Positions 18,122-26,425 of a stretch of 46,902 nucleotides of DNA are shown piece by piece (the first letter of the stretch is position 1; every line of letters begins with the position of its first letter). A model generated the notes under the pieces. It ran no database searches and was not told the DNA's origin. It saw only the letters and a list, made by a program, of their open reading frames with translations. The DNA comes from a virus (lineage: Duplodnaviria; Caudoviricetes), in IMG/VR virus record IMGVR_UViG_3300020440_000025, positions 1 through 46,902 of that record; one strand, 5' to 3'. The position numbers and the translations under genes are program-made.

Positions 18122-18274
18122 GGCCGCAAAAAAAATGAGAAAGGCCGCAAGCAATCAAGGCCGCAAGGCCGCAAGCAATCCGCCCACCGATCCGAAAAAA
18201 AAAGCCAGTCCGCAAGCGGTCGCATATAAAACGCGCAAGGCCGCAAGCACATATAAAACAATTTAGGCCGCAAG
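18122..18274 (+). repeat. GGCCGCAAG direct-repeat cluster 2
   Basis: Exact copies at 18143, 18159, 18167, 18239 and 18266; near copies at 18122, 18208, 18218 and 18232. Confidence 0.9.
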
Positions 18275-18364
18275 CTTTCCCCTATATATACAAGGGGGAG
18301 AAGGGGCGAGAGGGTGGCGCGATTCCCCACCCTATATCTTTAGTTTTATCAAGTGTTTTATTAG

Positions 18365-18393
18365 TTGTTTTAATATCTGTTTAAGCCTATACT
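18365..18393 (+). promoter_or_regulatory. Putative sigma70 promoter
   Basis: TTGTTT-N17-TATACT upstream of the 18425 ORF. Confidence 0.5.
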
Positions 18394-18424
18394 ATTACGC
18401 AATCAATAGATAAAAAGGTGTTAA

Positions 18425-19204
18425 ATGGATACGAAAAGAATTCTAAAATCAAATAGCCTAATCAAGACAAAGAATAAAGGCAAAGCCCCTAGCGGTTTAG
18501 TCCTTTACGATGGTCCCTCAGTACTTGACCCATCGCAAGATGTGCTAGTTATCGCCACGTTATCAAGCGCCAACGTGAAAACTGGTAACATGGTTCAAAC
18601 TTGGATTCTTGTTAAGGACTACGCACCAGTAGAAGCTTCCAAGCTTGGCCAAGATGAAATCATTTGTGGTTCTTGTCCTCATCGTCACTTCAACAATGGC
18701 GCTTGCTATGTGAACCTTGGCCAAGCGCCCAACGGAATCTACAAAGCTTGGAAGGCTGGAAAATATCCGATCTTTAACAAGGCAAAACATGGTCAGTATT
18801 TCCTAGGTAGAAAGCTTAGACTTGGCGCGTATGGTGATCCGGCAAGCGTTCCTTTTAACGTATGGAAAGCGCCCCTATCTCTAGCCATTGGCCATACCGG
18901 ATACACTCACCAAATCAAGCACCGCAATTTTGATAAGCGTTATCTTTCCATTTGCCAAGTATCAGCCGACACACCCAAACAAGCGATAGCCTACCAGAAA
19001 CTAGGCGCGAAAACTTTTCGGGTCGCGCTTGACGGTGACCAATTGCTAGACGGTGAAGAGATTTGTTTATCTGAAACCGTTGGCACCCAATGCCAAGATT
19101 GTTTGTTATGCGATGGATCAAAACAAAACATAGCAATCGCGGTCCACGGTTCACGCAAGACCAAATTTAAATCTAACTTAATCCCAATCAAGGCGGTCGC
19201 ATAG
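18425..19204 (+). CDS. Cys-rich putative Fe-S protein (phage Gp88-like / radical-SAM-related)
   Basis: 259 aa: NVKTGNMVQTWIL, ICGSCPHR...GACYV, LRLGAYGDP, TGYTHQ and C-terminal C...CQDCLLC. Family recognised by eye only. Confidence 0.55.
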   Translation: MDTKRILKSNSLIKTKNKGKAPSGLVLYDGPSVLDPSQDVLVIATLSSANVKTGNMVQTWILVKDYAPVEASKLGQDEIICGSCPHRHFNNGACYVNLGQAPNGIYKAWKAGKYPIFNKAKHGQYFLGRKLRLGAYGDPASVPFNVWKAPLSLAIGHTGYTHQIKHRNFDKRYLSICQVSADTPKQAIAYQKLGAKTFRVALDGDQLLDGEEICLSETVGTQCQDCLLCDGSKQNIAIAVHGSRKTKFKSNLIPIKAVA

Positions 19205-19238
19205 ATCGCCATAACCTTTCATAACTTGGAGAAAATAA

Positions 19239-19475
19239 ATGCAAACAAACCTACCAAAATTTTATTCATACGTTGAAAACTTCTACGGTGGCCAGAATCC
19301 GATCTACCAATTGGACGGAGGCAAGGCCACGATAAAAGAAATCAAGGCCGCAACCAACATGCACTTAGATAGATTAAAGAAGTCCGCAGGCGTTTTTCTT
19401 GAGGACTCAACGGACCGCGAGATGGTGCGAGACATCATCTTGGAAAACAGAAACCAACAACCTTGGGGATTATAA
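19239..19475 (+). CDS. Early hypothetical protein (78 aa)
   Basis: TTGGAG RBS; FYG...IY...DSTDREMVRDI. Confidence 0.75.
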   Translation: MQTNLPKFYSYVENFYGGQNPIYQLDGGKATIKEIKAATNMHLDRLKKSAGVFLEDSTDREMVRDIILENRNQQPWGL

Positions 19476-19853
19476 ATGAACAAGCCAATCACGATCATGT
19501 CATTAAGAGATGAACATATGGACCATAAAATCCGCATGCTTTCAACCGACCTAGATTTGCTGAAGGCCGCAGGCTTTGAAGATGTGTCGTGGAAAGATGA
19601 CGAATGCTCATCCTTCCACAGAGATTCAAAGCACAACAAAAATCATTTCTATGAAATCTATATTAACTACAAAGATGAATCATATAACTTTGTTGACACA
19701 CCAACCATCACCGCCATGTACAACCACATGGAAGAAATCAAAGACGAAGATGGATACTACAGATCTATCAATTCATTTTGTGGAATCAGAGAAGCCATCA
19801 TCGCATGCGCGAGGCATGAAGAAGAAAAAAGAAAAGAGGAGAAAATAAAATGA
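19476..19853 (+). CDS. Early hypothetical protein (125 aa)
   Basis: Abuts both neighbours; GFEDVSWKDDECSSF motif. Confidence 0.75.
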   Translation: MNKPITIMSLRDEHMDHKIRMLSTDLDLLKAAGFEDVSWKDDECSSFHRDSKHNKNHFYEIYINYKDESYNFVDTPTITAMYNHMEEIKDEDGYYRSINSFCGIREAIIACARHEEEKRKEEKIK

Positions 19854-20443
19854 CATTCGATAAGAACAAACTACTCGCACCACAAACCGCGATCAGCATA
19901 CGAGGACTGAAGCACTCAGAGTTTGCAAGCCATGAGACTCATTGCTTCCAAGCTTCCATCTGGCTGAAAAAAACGAGGGTCTGCATCGCTGAGAACGATG
20001 GGCGAGGAGGCGCAACCGACTTCAACCGAACTCAAACCATCAAGAAAGAAACGTGGTCAGAGTTCATGCCCCTCCTAGTGCGTGAAGCAAACAGAATCAT
20101 GCCCCTACTCTGGGAGGATGAAGACTGGTACACACCAAAAGACGAAGACCCATCCGATGTCGTGCATGGCAATAGCGCATGGTCATCCAACCTTGAATGC
20201 GTAGTCGCACACCTAATCAACGAAGAACTAAGCAAGAAAGAAATGCTCAGACGCATGAAGAACAAGCTATTAACCTACGACACCAAAGATAAGAGAGTGT
20301 ACGCAAGAAAGATCAAGCTTGATCCCAAGCAACATCCTCTCAGGGCAGAGAAGGTTAAGCAAAGTCTGAACGAATCAAGCCCCAATGAAATCATCCTCAA
20401 CCTCATACCAGAGGAAGAGGCCTTACAAATGTACTTATCTTAA
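19850..20443 (+). CDS. Early hypothetical protein (197 aa)
   Basis: ATGA overlap and GAGGAG RBS; SHETHCFQASI...ENDGRGG motif. Confidence 0.75.
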   Translation: MTFDKNKLLAPQTAISIRGLKHSEFASHETHCFQASIWLKKTRVCIAENDGRGGATDFNRTQTIKKETWSEFMPLLVREANRIMPLLWEDEDWYTPKDEDPSDVVHGNSAWSSNLECVVAHLINEELSKKEMLRRMKNKLLTYDTKDKRVYARKIKLDPKQHPLRAEKVKQSLNESSPNEIILNLIPEEEALQMYLS

Positions 20444-20456
20444 ACGGAGAAAACTT

Positions 20457-20633
20457 ATGGATAAAAAATTCCAAAAAGTCACCATCATCATTTCATCTGA
20501 TGACTTTGGAGGGGATAGCACCATCCCTCCATTCGACATCCTATGTGATCTGATATCACACTCAGACGATGTTGATCTCATCTCAACTCAAGATGTGAGG
20601 GACATGCATCTAACACTAATGGAGGTGGACTAA
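20457..20633 (+). CDS. Small hypothetical protein
   Basis: ORF track 20385..20633; GGAG RBS precedes ATG 20457. Confidence 0.65.
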   Translation: MDKKFQKVTIIISSDDFGGDSTIPPFDILCDLISHSDDVDLISTQDVRDMHLTLMEVD

Positions 20634-20634
20634 C

Positions 20635-20787
20635 ATGATCGTTTACTTTGACCCAAGGGATGGACTGCACCACGCAGTCCTTCGCATGACCACAATCTAT
20701 TACGCCTATTCTCAGTCTCGCCAGGAGGCAATCGAGTGGGTCAAACAAATGGCATCTGAAGATAGGAGGGCGCAAGAAAATGCCTGA
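20635..20787 (+). CDS. Small hypothetical protein (50 aa)
   Basis: Hand-translated: MIVYFDPRDGLHHAVLRMTTIYYAYSQSRQEAIEWVKQMASEDRRAQENA; GGAGGT RBS. Confidence 0.6.
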   Translation: MIVYFDPRDGLHHAVLRMTTIYYAYSQSRQEAIEWVKQMASEDRRAQENA

Positions 20788-21055
20788 ATTCAAATCAGGA
20801 AGGGGCGGACTACGGTCCAACTCTTCCGCCTTGAGCTCGTACAAGAAACCATCTGATCAGGTGTGTGACTGGTGCAGCAAAGAGTTTATATCTGTGAACA
20901 AGAGACATCGATCAGGTCGCAGGTTCTGTGGTCAATCGTGCAAGATGAAGCAATACAACTTCGCAAGGCACATGAAGTACAGGGCTCACCTCACAGAGAA
21001 AAACCGCAAGGGCTCTTGGTTCAAAGATCCCTTACACAGGTTGAGGGGTCTATGA
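20780..21055 (+). CDS. Small basic zinc-finger protein
   Basis: CDWC...RRFCGQSC; AGGAGG RBS; converges on terS. Confidence 0.7.
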   Translation: MPEFKSGRGGLRSNSSALSSYKKPSDQVCDWCSKEFISVNKRHRSGRRFCGQSCKMKQYNFARHMKYRAHLTEKNRKGSWFKDPLHRLRGL

Positions 21056-21703
21056 TCCCTCTTCCTCATCCTCTCTCCCATCGTTCCACTCATCGTAGTT
21101 GGCATCTTCAAGACCATCATCTTCCTCCACCTCTTCAAAGTCCGCATCCATTACCTCCCCTTCATCGTCCAAGTCTGCAGGCTCTATGTCTTCCTGCTTG
21201 GAATCAAAGTCGAGCCCATGCTTTTCAATCAAGCTACGAAGCCTAGACTCAACCTCACCTCGATCCATCTGATCAATCTTCCCTGTCTTGATCTCCTTCT
21301 TATCCACCATCAAGCCTGCAAGCTTGGCCCTGCCCATCTCCGCCTGTACTGCTGCACTGTAAGAACCATCTTCGACTGCCGCATCTCTGATCATCTGAAG
21401 ATCCCTGGCTACCTTCTCATAGGTGATCTCATACTTTCTCTGCTTTGCCTCAGTCAAGTCCGCAATCCGGTGTTGCACATGCGCATAGATCGGACTGTTT
21501 AAAAGATGACTCGCACTCACACTCGCATTCTTATACCCAGCCCTGAGCGCACACTCTTTCTTAGTCAGATCATGGAACACATACAACTGACAGAACTTCT
21601 CCTGTTTCTGCGTAATCTTTGTTCGCTTGATTCCCTTTGTCCGATACTTATCAGGACTGAGTAAAATGTTTGATGAACCTTCGTTAACTAATGACTCTGA
21701 CAT
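21050..21703 (-). CDS. terS: Terminase small subunit
   Basis: N-terminal HTH ITQKQEKFCQLYV...KECALRAGYK..SVSASHLL, then helical SAAVQAEMGRAKLAGL and an acidic tail. Confidence 0.8.
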   Translation of the reverse strand: MSESLVNEGSSNILLSPDKYRTKGIKRTKITQKQEKFCQLYVFHDLTKKECALRAGYKNASVSASHLLNSPIYAHVQHRIADLTEAKQRKYEITYEKVARDLQMIRDAAVEDGSYSAAVQAEMGRAKLAGLMVDKKEIKTGKIDQMDRGEVESRLRSLIEKHGLDFDSKQEDIEPADLDDEGEVMDADFEEVEEDDGLEDANYDEWNDGREDEEEGS

Positions 21704-21795
21704 ATTTTTTTTCCTAAAATTTTCCTACATACAAAGCAAGAGAGAGAGTGTAGTAAAGGAAGAGATGTTAATCTCTCTTCCTCTCCCTTTAGGGA

Positions 21796-21976
21796 TGACC
21801 CTACTGACCCTTGACCCACCCTTATAAATCAATGACTTACCTAGTAGGGTCACATGGGTCAACATGGGTCAGCACTGACCCTACTGACCCTACCCATTTT
21901 TCCTATACAAATCATACACTTAACCTTTTTTCAGAGGGGGTAGGGTCAGTCAGAAAAAATCCAATATTGACCCTAC
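21796..21976. repeat. TGACCC(TAC) iteron-like cluster with IHF consensus site (candidate origin or pac region)
   Basis: TGACCC at 21796, 21805, 21812, 21876, 21885 and 21968; inverted GGGTCA at 21847, 21856, 21866 and 21943. AATCAATGACTTA (WATCAANNNNTTR) at 21827-21839. Confidence 0.75.
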
Positions 21977-22110
21977 CCCTAGCCCCATACACCGACCTAG
22001 AATTTACTTTAACTTTCTCTCCTAAGTGATTTTTCATACCCCCTGCATCGGACACGGACAGACCGGACATCCCTCTATAAAAATCCTGTCTGTCCACCCT
22101 ACTTTCCACC

Positions 22111-22434
22111 CTACTTTGCAAAGTATTCAGGCACATATTCACCCAGCCTTCTGAGTTCTTTGTGCGCCCACCTTGGGTCCACACCACTGCTGTTGAACAG
22201 CTTCGCTACCCAGACTCCTTCCAAAGACAGCCGCTTGTTTCTGACGTTGTCATTCGGGTTACGGTTACACCGAACACACATGCTGCTCTGCATAATCCTA
22301 GCACTAAACTTCTCAGGGTCTGTCGTTCCACACATCACACAAGGGTCACGCTTCTCCTTCAAGATCTGATCCCTCGTTCTCTTAATCGTGCTTCTCATTA
22401 CTTCTAACATCCACTTTCTCCCATTTTTCTCCAC
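22111..22434 (-). CDS. Hypothetical zinc-finger protein
   Basis: CVMC...CVRC; start uncertain. Confidence 0.55.
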   Translation of the reverse strand: MEKNGRKWMLEVMRSTIKRTRDQILKEKRDPCVMCGTTDPEKFSARIMQSSMCVRCNRNPNDNVRNKRLSLEGVWVAKLFNSSGVDPRWAHKELRRLGEYVPEYFAK

Positions 22435-22469
22435 TTGTTTTCTGTTTGCCTGTTTGAAATAATATCCTT

Positions 22470-22587
22470 TCCTGATCTTCGTACATGGGATCAGGATTTA
22501 GTTTGTTAAATTCATGCAAACAACTGTTTTCTCCAAGACAGTAACGCCCGACTTGTATTCCCCCTAGGTTGAGTCGGGCGTTTTTTT
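22470..22587 (+). ncRNA. Candidate structured sRNA with anti-Shine-Dalgarno loops
   Basis: Four consecutive hairpins end in a plus-strand terminator (AACGCCCGACTT/GAGTCGGGCGTT + T-tract) in a region where the genes are on the minus strand. The loops CTCC and TTCCCCCTAGG are complementary to early-gene RBSs. Confidence 0.55.
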
Positions 22588-22701
22588 ATCACCCTCTTCA
22601 CCTTCTTCTTCCTCACTCTCAGGCAAGAGGTCCATCATAAACTTCTCGATCAACTCCAGGTCTTTCCAGTCATCCGTGTCGATCTCTATCTTGATCTTCA
22701 T
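22564..22701 (-). CDS. Small acidic protein (45 aa)
   Basis: Hand-translated: MKIKIEIDTDDWKDLELIEKFMMDLLPESEEEEGEEGDKKTPDST; ATGA overlap with the nuclease stop. Confidence 0.55.
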   Translation of the reverse strand: MKIKIEIDTDDWKDLELIEKFMMDLLPESEEEEGEEGDKKTPDST

Positions 22702-23090
22702 CGAGCCCACACATGAGTCTTCTTACTGCCATCGTACTTGATTGCATGACCTTCCTCGATGAGGATCTTACAGATGTCACGCCTGCTATCATGGGTGAAC
22801 ATGTCTGCGAGTAACCGCCCATACTTATCCAGCTTCCCACCATTGAGCGACTCGACATAAATTGCCTTACCACACAGCACCTTCATTCTTTTCTTTGCAG
22901 CCAGTCCCAATACCTTCTCTGCCTTGTTTCTTGTGCGTGACTCAGGAGTATCTATGCCATTGGCTCTGATCCTGACCTTCCGGTAGACACCAAAGGACAG
23001 ATCAAGGAGGACATCCACCGTGTCACCATCAATCACACGATCTACCTCCGCCTTATAGATATACTGCTGCTCAATCACTTTCCTTGCCAT
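22698..23090 (-). CDS. Staphylococcal nuclease (thermonuclease) family protein
   Basis: RVIDGDTVDV...IRANGIDTPES...DKYGRLLA. Confidence 0.9.
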   Translation of the reverse strand: MARKVIEQQYIYKAEVDRVIDGDTVDVLLDLSFGVYRKVRIRANGIDTPESRTRNKAEKVLGLAAKKRMKVLCGKAIYVESLNGGKLDKYGRLLADMFTHDSRRDICKILIEEGHAIKYDGSKKTHVWAR

Positions 23091-23284
23091 TGCACCACTC
23101 TCCCTTTATTCAGCAACTCTTGTTCGTCTATCTCTACCTTCATGCAATAGAGAGAGAACTTAATTGTCGGGTCATACCGATAGTCTTCGTACACCATTGA
23201 CGCTGCTTCTGTGCATTCCATCATCGTGTCGTAGGATGCCAGCAATGTATAGAAAGTCATCGTGAACAGATAGAGTTTAACCAT
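23075..23284 (-). CDS. Small hypothetical protein
   Basis: ORF track 23075..23323; the likely start is ATG 23284, overlapping the upstream stop. Confidence 0.55.
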   Translation of the reverse strand: MVKLYLFTMTFYTLLASYDTMMECTEAASMVYEDYRYDPTIKFSLYCMKVEIDEQELLNKGRVVQWQGK

Positions 23285-23502
23285 CAGTGCCTGCTTGGAT
23301 ACTCCCTCTCTTTTTCCTCCCACGCCTCGTTCTCTGGGGTGTTAGGATCGTCCTTGATGAACCGCCCCTTCGCATCACGAGTCCTGACCTTCAGCTTCTG
23401 CGCCTTACCCTTTACCTTCTTCAAGGTATCCACGGTCCTGTTTGCAAAAGAGTCATGCTGTGAACCGAACAACTTATCTATCCAATCTTTAAAAAATCCC
23501 AT
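23284..23502 (-). CDS. Small hypothetical protein (72 aa)
   Basis: AAGGAG RBS; RTRDAKGRFIKDDPNTPENEAW motif. Confidence 0.7.
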   Translation of the reverse strand: MGFFKDWIDKLFGSQHDSFANRTVDTLKKVKGKAQKLKVRTRDAKGRFIKDDPNTPENEAWEEKEREYPSRH

Positions 23503-23518
23503 GTCTTATCTCCTTTAA

Positions 23519-24367
23519 TTAATCACCGCAAAAGCACGGTATGGTTTCATCGTCATAACCAAACAAACTACCTTGGTCAGTTGCTATCATTTTCATATCT
23601 GCATAAGACGGCTGATCACTTCTGAATGTCCCTGCCTTCTGGCCTTTTCCCACCTTAGTCTCCATCTCTGACCACCAGTCAACCAAGTCAGGCCGTGCCT
23701 GGACGATAGATAGTTTTTTATTAAACCCTTTGAGGAAACACAGATCACAATTGCCCCAGTCAGTCACACCATTGTTGTTAGGCAGTTCAAGATCAAAGTT
23801 TTGCTCAGTCCAGAACTCGTACACCTCTTTGACGTACACGTTATCGTCCACCAAGGGCAGTATGTTTCTTGGTTCCTTTCTCAACTTGGCTGCTCTTCTC
23901 TGCTCATCAGCCCTGATACCAATGATATTCGCCCATTCGGTATCACCAAACTTATTCTTCATCCAGTCTCTGATTCGATATACCTTGAGCTCTTGTGTGC
24001 AGAATCTAGCGACCGGGTTAGGCAGGTATTGCCTAGCAACGATGAGAGATTCAAAAGGCTCACCGTTCCTGCTTGCAGATTCGTAGTCCACCTCTTTGGT
24101 TTCATACACATATTTGTTTTCGTCCTCTCCGCCAGGTCGAGCAAGACACTCCAGCCAAGTGATATCCACACCCCAATGAACAGAACATGCTTGAACAAAG
24201 TCCAGTGTCTGCGTCATCTCTTTTCCTGTGTTCGCAAAGGTAACTGGTAGATAGTCAGGCAACTGTCCGTCATGGGCATCAAGGATCTTCCACAGCATGT
24301 AACCAGAAGTTCGACCACCGCTAAACGATATGGCTGCAGGCTCTGTAATTTTATATGGATTTCTCAA
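23519..24367 (-). CDS. PAPS-reductase-family (PP-loop) Fe-S protein
   Basis: SFSGGRTS PP-loop, FANTGKE, RFCTQELK, IGIRADE..R, GNCDLCFLK and C-terminal PCFCGD. Confidence 0.85.
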   Translation of the reverse strand: MRNPYKITEPAAISFSGGRTSGYMLWKILDAHDGQLPDYLPVTFANTGKEMTQTLDFVQACSVHWGVDITWLECLARPGGEDENKYVYETKEVDYESASRNGEPFESLIVARQYLPNPVARFCTQELKVYRIRDWMKNKFGDTEWANIIGIRADEQRRAAKLRKEPRNILPLVDDNVYVKEVYEFWTEQNFDLELPNNNGVTDWGNCDLCFLKGFNKKLSIVQARPDLVDWWSEMETKVGKGQKAGTFRSDQPSYADMKMIATDQGSLFGYDDETIPCFCGD

Positions 24368-26425
24368 TCATACCTCCCACGGCTTTGCCGATGCATTCGT
24401 ACCAAGGTAATGCCACATCGCCTTACCCGGTTCGCTGTAGGTAAATACTTTATCAGCTAAATGTTTCTGAACATAACTGACAGCCTTCTGACATGCCTTG
24501 TTACCATTCGGCTTGTTGTATCTGCGCAGTTGCTGCCGTGCCAAAGACTCAAGCTCGTTGCGCCTGTAGTATTCTTCTTCCTTCATGCCCTTGAGTACGA
24601 GCTCTGCGAGTGCCACCTGATCTTCAAAGCTATCTTCTGTCGGTGTTTTCTTGGCCGTCAGATCACTGGCTGTCCAGACACCAAGATCAAAATCAAAGTG
24701 TGCTAGGTGTTCATCAGGGTCTCGTGCGTTCCTTGCTTCATAGAAGAAGGACACGTTGGGTTTCTTACCTGACATCTTGATGCCTGAGTCGAACCATCCT
24801 GCGAAGACTGACCCACCCCTGGCGGACATGAATGACTTGTCATCCGCCCTTTCCTTTCCGGTGTGATGGGCCAACATCACCGCACAATTGTTAAGCTCAA
24901 TCAGTTTATCGATTCTATCCAGTAGCTTTCGTATCTCTGTGTTGCTGTTCTCTTCACCGTCAAAGAAATTAATGATCGGGTCGATCATCACGATGTCAGG
25001 CTTGTGAAACTGTATCTCTTGGTGGAATGCTTCTATGTCTTGGTCCGTCATCAAATTCTTTCTTAGTCTGCCTGATACAATCAGGTTGTCGTACCCCTGC
25101 CTAATGGTATCTTCATCATCCCCGAACCGCCTGAAGTAAGTGGTGATCCTGTCCTTCATGAACTCTTTGATGATCTCTGCTTGAAACCATATTACTTTCA
25201 ATGGCTTACTGAAGGGTACGCCCATGAAGTCTGTGCCTGTCGTAGCTCCTGCAGCGAATGCACCAAGGAAGTTTGACTTACCTATCTTGGGCTTGCCCAG
25301 TAATAGGACACGGCTGTTCTGGAATATAAAAGCATCGCCCCACCATTGTTCAACGGTGTCCTCTTTCAGGTCAGTCCATTCATCTGCGCTGAAGGGTTGG
25401 AGCCCAAGCGGTCCCATTTCTGGTGCGTCCTCGACCTCAACCGGATACTCTTGGTCCTGAATCTGTTTCAGATCCTCACTGATCTGTGTCTGCCATTCAC
25501 TGGTCTTCCACTCATTCACCCCTGCATCGATGTCTTCCGGGTGTCGCTTGATGTGTCCCTGCGCGATGCTGAGTGTAGTGGTGGTGGCCTCAACGATAGA
25601 CAGGGGAGGATCACAACTCTGGTTCCAATCCTGCGCCTTGATCAGGATCTCTCGCATCCCCCAACCTTCTTTGATCCACTTACCAACCAGCCTTGCCAGC
25701 TTGTCATTGCGTCCGCCTTCCTTGGCCGCTTCTTCGGTCAGCTTCTCCCGAATAGATGGCTCGATTTCACCACCGTTGTTGAACATCGAGATACTTTGTA
25801 TGTCTGATTCGGTGAGTGCAGGCAGGTCTTCCATACTGCCGATGCCAAAGGCTTGTTCGCAGTGCATGGTGTAGCCCAATGAAGGTGCGACCATGACGTA
25901 GCCACCCACCCCCCTGGTATCAATCTTGTTCTTACCTGCACCAGTGCGGACCTCATGCTGTGAGATACTATAGAAGTAATGCTCTCCCCCTCTTGGGGTG
26001 CGCTGTGTTAATGGTGATCGGGTAATACTACCTGCCCTAATCCAGTCCATCGCCTCTTCACTGTCTGCGTCAATGACTGCGAAGTTAATTCCGGTAATCG
26101 CTGCCCAGTTGGCATTCGGGAACTCGTGATGCCAGCTTGTGATCTCTGTATCTGACGGTTGGGTTCTTTGATAGTGAGCCCAGTTTACCCTTGGTGTCTT
26201 GGCCCACTTAGACTTGAGCTCTAGCTCATCATCAAACGGATGTCGCTTCCTGAAGTATTGAGGAACAATGTCAGAAGGGCTGCCACATGGAATGATGTGA
26301 ACACCATACTCCCATAGCTCGTGTAGCCAGTCTCCCTTCTGCTCTTGGCTGATCGATGCACCGCTGAACTCAGGCTGAAATAGTTTTAACTCACTCGACC
26401 CGATAGATTCTTCGGTGATGCTCAT
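24368..26425 (-). CDS. Bifunctional primase/polymerase fused to a RepA-like (AAA_25) helicase
   Basis: N-terminal prim-pol (NWAAITG..AVIDAD, TPRGGEHYFY, IDTRGVGGYVMVAPS), PriCT-like EGGRNDKL, Walker A GKPKIGKS, Walker B VMIDP, and HHTGK. Confidence 0.85.
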   Translation of the reverse strand: MSITEESIGSSELKLFQPEFSGASISQEQKGDWLHELWEYGVHIIPCGSPSDIVPQYFRKRHPFDDELELKSKWAKTPRVNWAHYQRTQPSDTEITSWHHEFPNANWAAITGINFAVIDADSEEAMDWIRAGSITRSPLTQRTPRGGEHYFYSISQHEVRTGAGKNKIDTRGVGGYVMVAPSLGYTMHCEQAFGIGSMEDLPALTESDIQSISMFNNGGEIEPSIREKLTEEAAKEGGRNDKLARLVGKWIKEGWGMREILIKAQDWNQSCDPPLSIVEATTTTLSIAQGHIKRHPEDIDAGVNEWKTSEWQTQISEDLKQIQDQEYPVEVEDAPEMGPLGLQPFSADEWTDLKEDTVEQWWGDAFIFQNSRVLLLGKPKIGKSNFLGAFAAGATTGTDFMGVPFSKPLKVIWFQAEIIKEFMKDRITTYFRRFGDDEDTIRQGYDNLIVSGRLRKNLMTDQDIEAFHQEIQFHKPDIVMIDPIINFFDGEENSNTEIRKLLDRIDKLIELNNCAVMLAHHTGKERADDKSFMSARGGSVFAGWFDSGIKMSGKKPNVSFFYEARNARDPDEHLAHFDFDLGVWTASDLTAKKTPTEDSFEDQVALAELVLKGMKEEEYYRRNELESLARQQLRRYNKPNGNKACQKAVSYVQKHLADKVFTYSEPGKAMWHYLGTNASAKPWEV

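Noticed and set aside
17028-18274. GGCCGCAAG clusters as a mini-CRISPR or as the minus-strand ORFs listed there
   Set aside because: The repeat is only 9 nt with irregular short spacers. The overlapping minus-strand ORFs (CGL/LRP repeats) are translations of the repeats and oppose the RBS-bearing plus-strand genes.
21627-22187. ORFs 21627-21827, 21811-22029 and 21912-22187
   Set aside because: They overlap the iteron cluster or terS and have no convincing RBS; likely spurious.
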